Below are positions 20,202 through 29,601 of a stretch of 64,000 nucleotides of DNA, piece by piece. Position numbers and translations under genes: made by a program. Position 1 is the first letter of the stretch. Every line of letters starts with the position of its first letter. This DNA is from Bacteroidia bacterium (GTDB taxonomy: Bacteria; Bacteroidota; Bacteroidia; AKYH767-A; OLB10). The stretch lies in contig JBDTRM010000170.1 in NCBI GenBank assembly GCA_039931675.1, positions 2,374-66,373 on the forward strand, read 5' to 3'. The notes below the pieces were generated by a model, which was given only the letters and a program-made list of their open reading frames with translations, did no database searches and was not told the origin of the DNA.

Positions 20202-21785
20202 ATGAAACAGAAACTCTTATTTTTTGTAACATTTATAAGCATTTGTGTTGCATATAAATCTTCAGCCCAGTTATGGACAACAGATAATGTAAACGTTACA
20301 CTAACAGCAGGTGCACAACTAACTGTGAAAGGCGATGTTCAAAATCAAAATGGTGCTACCATTACGAATAACGGGACAATTGACCTCTCAGGTAACTGGA
20401 CTCATAATGCTGCCAACAATTGTTTTGGAACCTCTGCAGGACTTGTTATTATGAATGGTGCTAACCAAAACATTGGTGGCACAGGTTCTACAGCATTCAA
20501 TAATCTCACTTTAATAGGTAGCGGCATTAAAACTTTGCTACAGGACATTAGTGTTGGAGGTGCTTATGTTGCACCTGCCGGAGTGTTATCATTAGGAGAT
20601 AGAAATTTGGACCTTAATTCACACACTTTAACGTTGAGCAATGCAGCACCGGCAGCAGTTACACGTACCACCGGTTTTGCTATAAGCGAAACTCAACCTA
20701 TACCAGGCTACGGCTATATTCGCTGGAATATTGGTACAACTGCGGCCGGAAATAATTATACTTTCCCTTTTGGTAACCTGGCAACAGCTACTTACCTGCC
20801 GCTTAGTTTTAACCTTACTACAGCAGGTGCCGGAAATGGATATGTTAGAATTGCAACATATCCTACTAACACTGCCCCTAATCCTAACAATCGTCCATTG
20901 CCAACAGGTCTCACCGCATTGATTAATAATTCAGGATTTGATAATTCGAATAAGGTTGTTGACCGGTATTTTATTTTTGATGTACAAGGTTACACCACCA
21001 CCCCTGTTTCAACAATGGTTTTTCCATATCGCGATACTGAGTGGAGCAGCGGTTCTAATCTTATAACTGAAGCCAATCTTAAAATGCAACGTTTAAATAA
21101 CGGTGTTCAATGGACACAACCGCCTTTCGGTGTAGTGAATACAGTAAGCAATACGGTAACTGTTACTGCTCAGAATAATTACAGTCCAATATGGACTATC
21201 GTTGATTTATCATCACCGCTTCCTGTTTCATTGTTAAACTTTAATGCGCAGCCAAATGAGCATAAACAAACCGATGTTTATTGGCAAACAGCTTCGGAAA
21301 TTAATTGCGCTGATTTTGAAGTTCAAAAATCCAAAGATTCAAAATCATTTGAAACTTTTGATGTAGTTGAATCGCATCATTTTTCAAATGCAACCAATAA
21401 TTATCAAACTATTGATAAACGTCCTTATGAAGGGATAACCTATTATCGTTTAAAGCAAAATGATTTGAATGGTGATTATGTTTATTCGAAAACCGTTTCA
21501 GTAAGATTAAGTAATGAAGGGAATTTTACCATCAATGTTTATCCGAATCCTATGACTGATGAAGCAACTATTCAAATTATTTCATCAACGGCTTTAAGTG
21601 ATAATTGCATAGTTAGTATTACAAATGTTTTAGGACAAATTGTTATGGAAAATAAATTGAGTTCACTTGCAATATCGGGTAATAGTTATTCGATGAAACG
21701 TGGAAATATTGCACCTGGAATTTATTATTTGAATTTAGTGGATAATAAGAATCAATTGGCCACTTTTAAGCTTGTTATTCAATAA
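20202..21785 (+). CDS. T9SS-secreted hypothetical protein (type-A CTD)
   Basis: The ATG at 20202 gives the signal peptide 'MKQKLLFFVTFISICVAYKSSAQ', whereas the ORF-track start at 20181 is a TTG. The C-terminus 'VYPNPMTDEATIQI...GIYYLNLV' is a T9SS CTD. Confidence 0.7.
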   Translation: MKQKLLFFVTFISICVAYKSSAQLWTTDNVNVTLTAGAQLTVKGDVQNQNGATITNNGTIDLSGNWTHNAANNCFGTSAGLVIMNGANQNIGGTGSTAFNNLTLIGSGIKTLLQDISVGGAYVAPAGVLSLGDRNLDLNSHTLTLSNAAPAAVTRTTGFAISETQPIPGYGYIRWNIGTTAAGNNYTFPFGNLATATYLPLSFNLTTAGAGNGYVRIATYPTNTAPNPNNRPLPTGLTALINNSGFDNSNKVVDRYFIFDVQGYTTTPVSTMVFPYRDTEWSSGSNLITEANLKMQRLNNGVQWTQPPFGVVNTVSNTVTVTAQNNYSPIWTIVDLSSPLPVSLLNFNAQPNEHKQTDVYWQTASEINCADFEVQKSKDSKSFETFDVVESHHFSNATNNYQTIDKRPYEGITYYRLKQNDLNGDYVYSKTVSVRLSNEGNFTINVYPNPMTDEATIQIISSTALSDNCIVSITNVLGQIVMENKLSSLAISGNSYSMKRGNIAPGIYYLNLVDNKNQLATFKLVIQ

Positions 21786-21872
21786 AAAATTTGTTTTTTC
21801 ATACCGAGCCTCGGGTTTTGGTTTCGTTATAGCTTGAATTGTTTACCCCCTTTTAATAAATTTTTAATTAAT

Positions 21873-24422
21873 ATGAAGAGAAATAGCTACATACTGATTT
21901 GTTTACTGATGATGTTTGCAAATTCTGTTTTTGCACAAAGTGTCGGTATTAATAACCCGGTTCCAAACGCAACATCAGCATTAGATATTACCAGTACAAC
22001 CAAAGGGCTTTTGATTCCACGCATGACTACTGCACAGCGCATTGCCATATCAACTCCCGCAACCGGCTTATTGGTTTATGACACCACATTAAATCTGTTT
22101 TATTATTTTGATGGAACAGCCTGGCGTCCTTTTATGATTGGCAACCTGGATTGGTTGTTAAAAGGAAATGCAGGCACAGTGCCCGCTACAAATTTTATAG
22201 GAACAACTGATGCGCAGCCAATAGTTTTCAGAACTAATAACGTTGAGGCTATGCGTATTTATTCAGGCGGAGGCTTAGGCATTGGCACAACAGTTTCTAC
22301 TTCATCGGCATTGGTAGAAATGTTGAGCACATCAAAAGGTTTTTTATTGCCACGCATGACAACTGTACAACGCAATGCAATTGTAACACCTGCTACAGGG
22401 CTTATCGTTTATGATACTTCATTAAACCTGTTCTATTATTTTGACGGAGTCATTTGGCGTCCGTTGGTAAATACATCAGGATGGGATTTGCCGGGCAATA
22501 CCGGAACCAATCCACTAACACAATTTGTAGGAACTATTGATGCGCAGCCCCTTGTTTTCAGAACCAACAATACTGAGGTAATGCGGCTTACAACCATTGG
22601 TAATGTGGGCATTGGTACTACAGCTCCTGCTGCATCAGCTGCACTGGAATTAACGAGTACATCGCGTGGTATTTTAATTCCGCGCATGACATCAGCTCAA
22701 CGTATTGCTATTGCAACCCCGGCAACAGGCCTGTTGGTTTATGATAACAGCTTTAAGTTGTTTTATTATTTTGATGGAATTCAATGGGTGCCGTTGCAAA
22801 GTAATCTCGGATGGTTGCTTACAGGTAATCTTGGCACATCTCCGGCAGTAAATTATCTTGGTACAACTGATGCCCAACATTTTGTAATCAAAACCAATAG
22901 TATTGAAGCCATTCGGGTTTTATCAACCAATCAAAATGTTGGTATAGGTCAGGCATTACCCGCTTCAAAATTTGCTGTTAATGGTAATGTATCAATAGGT
23001 GCGGTTTATTCTGCAATGGCTGCACCGGTAAATGGAGCAATTATTCAGGGACATACTTCAGTCGGAAGTTCAGGACCTTTGGCTATTGACGTACTTTCAT
23101 CTTATGCAACAGGTTCAGAAGTGGCTGTGGCCGGATATGCAACAGGAACAAACTTTGCCGGATATTTTCAAAACACAGGCACAGGTACTGTTGGTCGGTT
23201 TTATAAATCTTTAGGTGCAGGCGGTAGCGTAATCCAAGCTTATATGAATAGTACCGCCAACAATGCAAATGTGGTTGATATTGCAAGTAACGGCACCGGT
23301 AATTCACTTAACATTTCTGATTCCAACACAATAGCCAAGAGTATCAACATTAATAAAATCAGTGCCACCACTACTGCAAGTGCAATTGAAATAGCCAATG
23401 CCGGTAAAGGGATAGGCGTTTATGTAAAAAATACCAATGCCACTAATGCAAATCCCGGAATAAAAGTGGAGCAAACAAAAGGTGATGGTGCATACATTCA
23501 AATGCAGGCAGGCAATACCGGCAATGGACTTTATGTTTACCAGAACGGAACAGGTTTAGGGCAAAGACTTGACATGGCTGCAACAAATCCAAGCATAGGA
23601 TTTCAGATTAATCATGCAGGTACTGAACGCGCTATAGATATCAATCTTACCAATGCCGCAAATGCTGCTGACGGGATAAAAATAATTCACAGCGGAACCG
23701 GCAAGGGTATTAATGTAAGCGTTGCTTCAGCAGCAAGTTACGCTATATGGGCAACTAATGCTGGTACTGTGCCTGCTGTTAATCCTTCGTATGTAGTTGG
23801 TGCTTATACTTCCAACTTTGCACCTGGTGTCGCCATAATAGCGGCAGGTGGCGGACATGGCATTATTGGCAATAGCGTATTAGACGCATTGTCAACTACA
23901 GATCATGATGGTGGTATTTTTATTGTAAGGCAAAACAATCTTACGAGCACTAATGTGGCTGCGGCTTCGGTGGGTGCTGTTATCAATGGCACTACTTATA
24001 AAGTGATAGGTTTGGGTGCTGTGAGTACGTTGGTTAAAGATTTGAATAACGACATGCGCATTATGGCTTGTCCTGAATCACCGGAGGTTTTGTTCCAGGA
24101 TTTTGGACGCGGTAAATTGGTGAACGGTTTGGCTCACATTACGCTCGATCCTATTTTCTCAAAGAATATAAAAGTGGATGTTACTCATCCGCTCAATGCT
24201 TTTATCCAGTTAAGAGGTAATTGCAATGGCGTATATGTAACCAACGAAACACAAACAGGCTTTGATGTAATTGAATTAAACGGTGGAACCACTAATATAG
24301 AGTTTACCTATTTTGTATCTGCCACGCGGGCTAATGAAACTCTTGGCAACCAGGTAAGCGAATATGAAAACATGAGGTTTAAGAGAATTGATAATCCTAT
24401 GTTTAATCAGAAAGAGAGATAA
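21873..24422 (+). CDS. secreted protein with four tandem ~95-aa '[22 protein letters not shown]...FYYFDG..W.P' modules; no T9SS CTD
   Basis: The ATG at 21873 gives the signal peptide 'MKRNSYILICLLMMFANSVFAQ'. The four repeats are seen directly in the translation. The same module occurs once at the N-terminus of the two tail-fibre-like proteins at 31304-35743. Confidence 0.65.
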   Translation: MKRNSYILICLLMMFANSVFAQSVGINNPVPNATSALDITSTTKGLLIPRMTTAQRIAISTPATGLLVYDTTLNLFYYFDGTAWRPFMIGNLDWLLKGNAGTVPATNFIGTTDAQPIVFRTNNVEAMRIYSGGGLGIGTTVSTSSALVEMLSTSKGFLLPRMTTVQRNAIVTPATGLIVYDTSLNLFYYFDGVIWRPLVNTSGWDLPGNTGTNPLTQFVGTIDAQPLVFRTNNTEVMRLTTIGNVGIGTTAPAASAALELTSTSRGILIPRMTSAQRIAIATPATGLLVYDNSFKLFYYFDGIQWVPLQSNLGWLLTGNLGTSPAVNYLGTTDAQHFVIKTNSIEAIRVLSTNQNVGIGQALPASKFAVNGNVSIGAVYSAMAAPVNGAIIQGHTSVGSSGPLAIDVLSSYATGSEVAVAGYATGTNFAGYFQNTGTGTVGRFYKSLGAGGSVIQAYMNSTANNANVVDIASNGTGNSLNISDSNTIAKSININKISATTTASAIEIANAGKGIGVYVKNTNATNANPGIKVEQTKGDGAYIQMQAGNTGNGLYVYQNGTGLGQRLDMAATNPSIGFQINHAGTERAIDINLTNAANAADGIKIIHSGTGKGINVSVASAASYAIWATNAGTVPAVNPSYVVGAYTSNFAPGVAIIAAGGGHGIIGNSVLDALSTTDHDGGIFIVRQNNLTSTNVAAASVGAVINGTTYKVIGLGAVSTLVKDLNNDMRIMACPESPEVLFQDFGRGKLVNGLAHITLDPIFSKNIKVDVTHPLNAFIQLRGNCNGVYVTNETQTGFDVIELNGGTTNIEFTYFVSATRANETLGNQVSEYENMRFKRIDNPMFNQKER

Positions 24423-24447
24423 TATTTGTAACAAAGCAAATGATCAA

Positions 24448-24486
24448 GCCTTCAGATACTTTAAAAATCTGAAGGCATTTTTTTTA
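24448..24486 (+). terminator. rho-independent terminator
   Basis: Stem GCCTTCAGAT/ATCTGAAGGC followed by a T-run. Confidence 0.8.
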
Positions 24487-24572
24487 TGAGTTTATTTCCC
24501 AAGAGTTACTCCCCGAAACCCCACGAACCAAAACTATAAAACCATATCGCTTGTTTGCAAAACTGTAAAAGT

Positions 24573-24580
24573 TACTTTTG
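24573..24580 (+). promoter_or_regulatory. -7 box TACTTTTG upstream of cyoE
   Basis: Exact TAnnTTTG match, 20 nt before the ATG. TTG and TTTG words lie 15-19 nt upstream. Confidence 0.5.
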
Positions 24581-24600
24581 CACTCCGTTTTTAAAAGGTA

Positions 24601-25485
24601 ATGCAAAATACGATAGCAATAAACAGGGTGTTCGCTTTCAGAATAAAAGATTATGCGCAATTAACTAAAATGAGGCTGGCCTCTTTAGTGGTTTTCAGCG
24701 CTGCAATGACTTTTTTACTCGGCACTCATTATCCAATAGATTGGTTCAAATTTGCATGGCTTATTGCTGGCGGCTTTTTAATTACCGGCAGCAGCAATGC
24801 ATTCAACCAAATTATAGAACGCGAATTAGATCGTTTAATGGATCGCACTAACATGCGCCCATTGCCCGATTATCGCATGACACTTACTGAGGCTTATACA
24901 ATCGCTCTTACGACAGGATTGAGCGGACTTATCATACTTTATTATTTTGTTAATCCGCTTTGCGGCATATTGGGAACGATAGCATTATTCAGCTATGTGT
25001 TTGCATACACGCCTTTGAAAAGAGTGACACCGTTTGCAGTTTTTGTGGGGGCAATACCAGGCGCAATACCAACAGCATTAGGATATATAGCTGCCACAGG
25101 CGAATTGAGCCATGCAGCATTTGTGTTGTTTGCATTGCAGTTCTTCTGGCAGTTTCCGCACTTTTGGGCAATAGCATGGGTGGCAGATGACGATTATAAA
25201 AAAGCAGGATTCGAATTACTCCCCACCAAAAAGCGTGATAAAGGCTCGGCTATGCAGGCGGTAATTTATGCAATGGCATTGATTCCTGTTGGTATAATGC
25301 CATATATATTTCACATTTCGGGGATCTATTCAATGGTAGTTTTATTAATAGCAGCATTATGGTTTTTGTGGAAAGCATATCTGCTTTACAGAGATTGTAC
25401 AATTGATGCAGCACGAAAACTCATGTTCGCTTCGTTTGTTTATTTACCGGTGGTGTTGATTGCGTTGGTGTTAGATAAAGTTTAA
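24601..25485 (+). CDS. cyoE: protoheme IX farnesyltransferase (heme O synthase)
   Basis: Polytopic UbiA-family protein with 'NQIIERELDRLMDRTNMRPLP' and a second Asp-rich region 'WVADDDYKKAGF'. Confidence 0.85.
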   Translation: MQNTIAINRVFAFRIKDYAQLTKMRLASLVVFSAAMTFLLGTHYPIDWFKFAWLIAGGFLITGSSNAFNQIIERELDRLMDRTNMRPLPDYRMTLTEAYTIALTTGLSGLIILYYFVNPLCGILGTIALFSYVFAYTPLKRVTPFAVFVGAIPGAIPTALGYIAATGELSHAAFVLFALQFFWQFPHFWAIAWVADDDYKKAGFELLPTKKRDKGSAMQAVIYAMALIPVGIMPYIFHISGIYSMVVLLIAALWFLWKAYLLYRDCTIDAARKLMFASFVYLPVVLIALVLDKV

Positions 25486-25637
25486 TCAAAGATGCAAGAA
25501 ACAAGACGCAAAAGGCAATTGCAAAAGTGAGAGAGGGGTTGCACATGCGTAAGCCTGTAACAGCGAACTTCAGTTCGCTCTAAAAATTAATTTTCAAAAA
25601 GCTAACGGCCAAAGGCCAAAAGCTAAAAACAAAAAAA

Positions 25638-26204
25638 ATGATACAGGAACAAACATATACAGGTATTAAAAGCTATAGAATTTTACTTTGGTTTGCAATG
25701 GTAAGCATGCTGATGATTTTCGGAGCTTATACCAGTGCATACATTGTACGCATGAGCGATGGCAACTGGACCATCTTTCAATTGCCTAAAATGTTTTTAT
25801 ATTCAACCATTACAATTTTATTGAGCAGCATACCTATGCAATTTTCAGTGTATGCAGCTAAGAGGAACAGAACCGATTTAGTAAAAACATCACTGCTGTT
25901 TACATTTGGGTTGGGATTAATTTTTGTTTTGCTCCAATTTTTAGGATGGATTGATATGATACACCGTAATTTATTTTTTGTTGCCAACGATCCATCAACA
26001 TCATTTGTTTACGTGATTTCAGGAGTTCATTTGGCTCACCTTGCCGGTGGAATTATTTATCTCGTTTATGTTAACTACAATGCCCTTTTCGAAAAATATA
26101 ATTCAGGCAATTACTTTGCTTTAACGCAATGTGCAACATTTTGGCACTTTTTGGGAGGGCTGTGGCTTTACCTGTATTTGTTTTTATTGTATGCAGGAAA
26201 ATAA
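25638..26204 (+). CDS. cytochrome c oxidase subunit III family protein
   Basis: 188-aa membrane protein with multiple TM helices. The C-terminus 'FWHFLGGLWLYLYLFLL' resembles the subunit III motif 'FWHFVDVVW'. Confidence 0.7.
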   Translation: MIQEQTYTGIKSYRILLWFAMVSMLMIFGAYTSAYIVRMSDGNWTIFQLPKMFLYSTITILLSSIPMQFSVYAAKRNRTDLVKTSLLFTFGLGLIFVLLQFLGWIDMIHRNLFFVANDPSTSFVYVISGVHLAHLAGGIIYLVYVNYNALFEKYNSGNYFALTQCATFWHFLGGLWLYLYLFLLYAGK

Positions 26205-26233
26205 TTTTCAACCAAAAGTTGAATTACAAAAAG

Positions 26234-26268
26234 TCCTCAGCCAAATGAAATATGGTTGAGGATTTTTA
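26234..26268 (+). terminator. rho-independent terminator
   Basis: Stem TCCTCAGCC/GGTTGAGGA (one G-T pair) followed by TTTTT. Confidence 0.65.
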
Positions 26269-26373
26269 ATTTATATAATTATCAGTTCTCTTGTAACTTT
26301 TTGTTCACCCAGTGCGTATTATTCAAAAAAGCACAGAGCTTTTACAAATAGAAATACATAACACTAAACAAAT

Positions 26374-27738
26374 ATGAAAAATCTTATTTCAACATTCTTC
26401 ACACTTATTATCCTTACCAATATATCCCTGGCCCAGAATGAGGTTAGCGGTAGTTTTAACGAAATAAAAATTTCAGGCTCGGCAAAAATTTTTATAAGCC
26501 AGGGAGCACAAAGCACTGTGACCATATCAGGCAGTCAGAATTTAGGCGGCATAAATATTTCGAACAATAAGTTACACATAAGCAGTGTATTTCACGATCC
26601 GATTTATGTGCACATACCTGAACTCAATAAAGTTGACATCAGTGGTAATGGCGAAATAATTATGGATTCATTATTTAATATTGATAATCTCAAATTGGAT
26701 GTTTCAGGTAATTGCAAAACTGATTTGAATATTAAAGGAGGAACAATTCAGTTAGATGTAAGCGGAAATTTTACAGGTGATATTAAAGGCACAGCAGATG
26801 CGCTGAAGGTAAATGCATCAGGCCGTGCTAATGTTTATGCTGAAAATTTAGTTGTGAAAAATTGTGACGTAAACGTAAGCGGATTATCTAAAGTACAGGT
26901 TGATGTTAAGGACTCGCTTAACACGCGCATAAGCGGCAAAGGAACTGTAGTTTACAAAACACCACCGGCATATATTAATACCGATAACAGCGGCCTTGCA
27001 CGCATGGGCGATTGCAATTCATCAGCACATGACACTACCAGAATACTTTTTGGAAAAACTACCGTACTCATCATTGGCAATGACGGCAATTATGGATGGC
27101 AATCTAAGGATGGCCCTCGCAAGGCTCAGTTTCATTGGGCCGGAGTTGAAATGGGATTCAATAATTATCTTAACAGCGATAATAAATTTGATGTGCCTCC
27201 GGGTTATGGTTATCTTGATTTAAATACAGGCAAATCAGTTTTTGTTAACCTAAATATTTTCGAATATAAATTTAAACTCTATCACGAATACATTATGTTA
27301 GGAACCGGTTTTGGTTTCTCATTCCGTAATTATTACTTTGTTAATAAAGATTCCATTCTTGTTGCCGATGCTGAAGTTGTGAGTGCAGCGCCTGCCCAAA
27401 GAAGTTATACCAAGAATAAACTTGCTGTTGATTATATCTCCATCCCTTTGCTGTTAGAATTTAATACCAGCCGTTACAATAAAAACTCCTTTCACTTTGG
27501 AGGTGGCATCGTGTTTAATTACAAAATTGGTTCTCGTGTTAAACTGAAATACGATGACGGTAAAGAAAAAATACATAATAGTTTCAACTTGCGCCCTGTT
27601 GAGTTTGATGCACGTGCGCACATTGGTTATGGCGAATTAAATTTGTTTGCCACATACAGTTTGCAAACTTTATTTAAAGACAATCGCGGGCCTGAGTTAA
27701 CACCGATAACATTTGGAATAACCCTGGGAGGATGGTAG
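26374..27738 (+). CDS. GIN/DUF2807-like beta-helix domain fused to a C-terminal outer-membrane beta-barrel
   Basis: Signal peptide. The N-terminal half has repetitive 'ISG.gk....' strands typical of DUF2807. The C-terminal half has alternating hydrophobic strands and ends in '...ITFGITLGGW' (aromatic terminus). Confidence 0.55.
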   Translation: MKNLISTFFTLIILTNISLAQNEVSGSFNEIKISGSAKIFISQGAQSTVTISGSQNLGGINISNNKLHISSVFHDPIYVHIPELNKVDISGNGEIIMDSLFNIDNLKLDVSGNCKTDLNIKGGTIQLDVSGNFTGDIKGTADALKVNASGRANVYAENLVVKNCDVNVSGLSKVQVDVKDSLNTRISGKGTVVYKTPPAYINTDNSGLARMGDCNSSAHDTTRILFGKTTVLIIGNDGNYGWQSKDGPRKAQFHWAGVEMGFNNYLNSDNKFDVPPGYGYLDLNTGKSVFVNLNIFEYKFKLYHEYIMLGTGFGFSFRNYYFVNKDSILVADAEVVSAAPAQRSYTKNKLAVDYISIPLLLEFNTSRYNKNSFHFGGGIVFNYKIGSRVKLKYDDGKEKIHNSFNLRPVEFDARAHIGYGELNLFATYSLQTLFKDNRGPELTPITFGITLGGW

Positions 27739-27811
27739 AAATTGGTTTGAGATTTTTAAATCGTAATTCCATATTCAATTGTTCTTAGCTCTTAATCAAT
27801 ATTGAAAAGTT

Positions 27812-27848
27812 AAAAAAGAGGCTGCTCAATCTGAGACAGCCTCTTTAC
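27812..27848. terminator. bidirectional terminator between convergent genes
   Basis: Stem AGAGGCTG/CAGCCTCT flanked by an A-run (5') and T's (3'). Confidence 0.6.
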
Positions 27849-27873
27849 ATTTAATAAAAACCAAATTGAGAGT

Positions 27874-29568
27874 TTACATTTTCACAAAACGTGAATTGAA
27901 TTTTTCACCATTCGAAAAAAAATTAATCAAATACACACCCGGCTTTAATTGCGATACATCAATTTCATTTTGAAGGGTGGAGGGTTTTAAAACAAGTTGT
28001 CCCATAGCATCAAATACTTCGCATCTATCAATTGGTGCATTCAAACTTAGTTTTAGTTTATCCGATGTTGGATTGGGAGCAACCGCAAGAGTTTGTTTGC
28101 TTTCGTCCGTTTCATTTTCGTGAGACGAATTCTGTCCAATTCTATAAGTCTTGCAACCTTGAATTTTTGCAGTGAAATTTGCATTGCTGTTGGTGTTGAA
28201 ACCTTGTGTTAAAGTTATGTTGTTGGCTGCTGTATAACCTATATTAAGATTGCTAACAGATGATCTACTTGACGTGATGTAATCAGATGCCTGGTAGGTA
28301 TTATCATTAAATTCAATTCCGGTGAGGTTCCAATTTGGATTACAATCAGAGAGCGTACCCGGCCAAATACCAACTATCACCGCCTGACCGCTGTTGAAAT
28401 TATTCCCGTTCGGGTTAAGGTTTCCAACATCGAAATAGCCATTCGCTGAACCTCCCCAACCCCAATTCATGTGAAAAAAATTGAATGCGTCATAACCATC
28501 ACAAACCCAGGAATGACCACCATTAGGACCATCACCGCGATAATGAACAGGTCTTGCTGCATTGATTTCACTTTCAAGTAAATTTTGCCAGTCTGTAGTA
28601 GTATAAAAGAACTTATAGGCACTCCCAAGCGTGTTGCGATAACCGAAATAATCAACATAAGCACTTTCTGCACTTGGCGAACCACCAACGGTAGAAGAAG
28701 CGCTACCACCTTCGGTAGCGTCACCATAGTCCATTTCTACTGCCACACCGCAATGGTACATCAGTATATCTATTGCATTATTGGTGGAACCGGTTACTGC
28801 ATCAGGCATCTGTGACCAATTGTAAGTGGTAGCACCAAAATTTGCAGATTGATTCCCATAAATATATCCACTGTTAGAATTCGTGCAGCTATAAGAATGA
28901 GAACCGGTACCATGTATAGGAGAATTCCAGTATTTCATTATCTGCGCCATTGCTGTTGCCACACATCCTGTTAATGTACGTTGTGCGTGAAGATTATTGT
29001 AAGGACATAGCGAATTATAATGGTCCACTCCACCAATATTCATTGACTGGTCCCATGCGGTAGTAAGTAGAGGAAAAACTGAACCCGACATTGGTTTCAT
29101 TATGTTAGCTCCGCTTTTATATGCAGTCCATAAATCTGAAACTCTTATATCGGCTTTCACATTCTCCTTTAATGCACTGAGAATTTGTTTGCGTATATCA
29201 ATCATCCAATCGCTTACTCCATAATAATTTGTATTTTGCATATCAAAATCCGATTCGGTAGAGTAAGCGATAACAGGTTCGAGATTATCATCGCCTGTTA
29301 CAATAACAAAAGCTTTAACTGAGAGGAAATTGAAAATATAAAAATCAACAGTTCCATCAGGTTCAACTTGTTTGTAATGCAAAGTTGCTTTCACTACAGT
29401 TCTGCCAGTTTCTGATTTTAAGAAATTAACGGCAACAGTATTGGCTTGCTGCTCGGTTATTTGAGCAGCATACATAATGTTAGCCATTAAAATCGGGATT
29501 AACAGCATTATATACTTTCGTTTTATCATTCGCATTTGAACAGATAAACAACTAAATAGCTTTTTCAT
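27874..29568 (-). CDS. C10 family (streptopain/SpeB-like) cysteine peptidase with Spi-type propeptide and T9SS CTD
   Basis: The propeptide-like N-terminus is 'ITEQQANTVAVNFL'. The catalytic Cys context is 'LTGCVATAMAQIMKYWN', the His context is 'GGHSWVCDGY', and 'HMNWGWGG' follows. The C-terminus 'VAPNPTSDKLKLSL...GVYLINFF' is a CTD. The true start may be the internal Met giving 'MIKRKYIMLLIPIL'. Confidence 0.85.
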   Translation of the reverse strand: MKKLFSCLSVQMRMIKRKYIMLLIPILMANIMYAAQITEQQANTVAVNFLKSETGRTVVKATLHYKQVEPDGTVDFYIFNFLSVKAFVIVTGDDNLEPVIAYSTESDFDMQNTNYYGVSDWMIDIRKQILSALKENVKADIRVSDLWTAYKSGANIMKPMSGSVFPLLTTAWDQSMNIGGVDHYNSLCPYNNLHAQRTLTGCVATAMAQIMKYWNSPIHGTGSHSYSCTNSNSGYIYGNQSANFGATTYNWSQMPDAVTGSTNNAIDILMYHCGVAVEMDYGDATEGGSASSTVGGSPSAESAYVDYFGYRNTLGSAYKFFYTTTDWQNLLESEINAARPVHYRGDGPNGGHSWVCDGYDAFNFFHMNWGWGGSANGYFDVGNLNPNGNNFNSGQAVIVGIWPGTLSDCNPNWNLTGIEFNDNTYQASDYITSSRSSVSNLNIGYTAANNITLTQGFNTNSNANFTAKIQGCKTYRIGQNSSHENETDESKQTLAVAPNPTSDKLKLSLNAPIDRCEVFDAMGQLVLKPSTLQNEIDVSQLKPGVYLINFFSNGEKFNSRFVKM

Positions 29569-29601
29569 ATTCTTTTTTTTTATTTTATTGTTGAATGAAT
29601 A

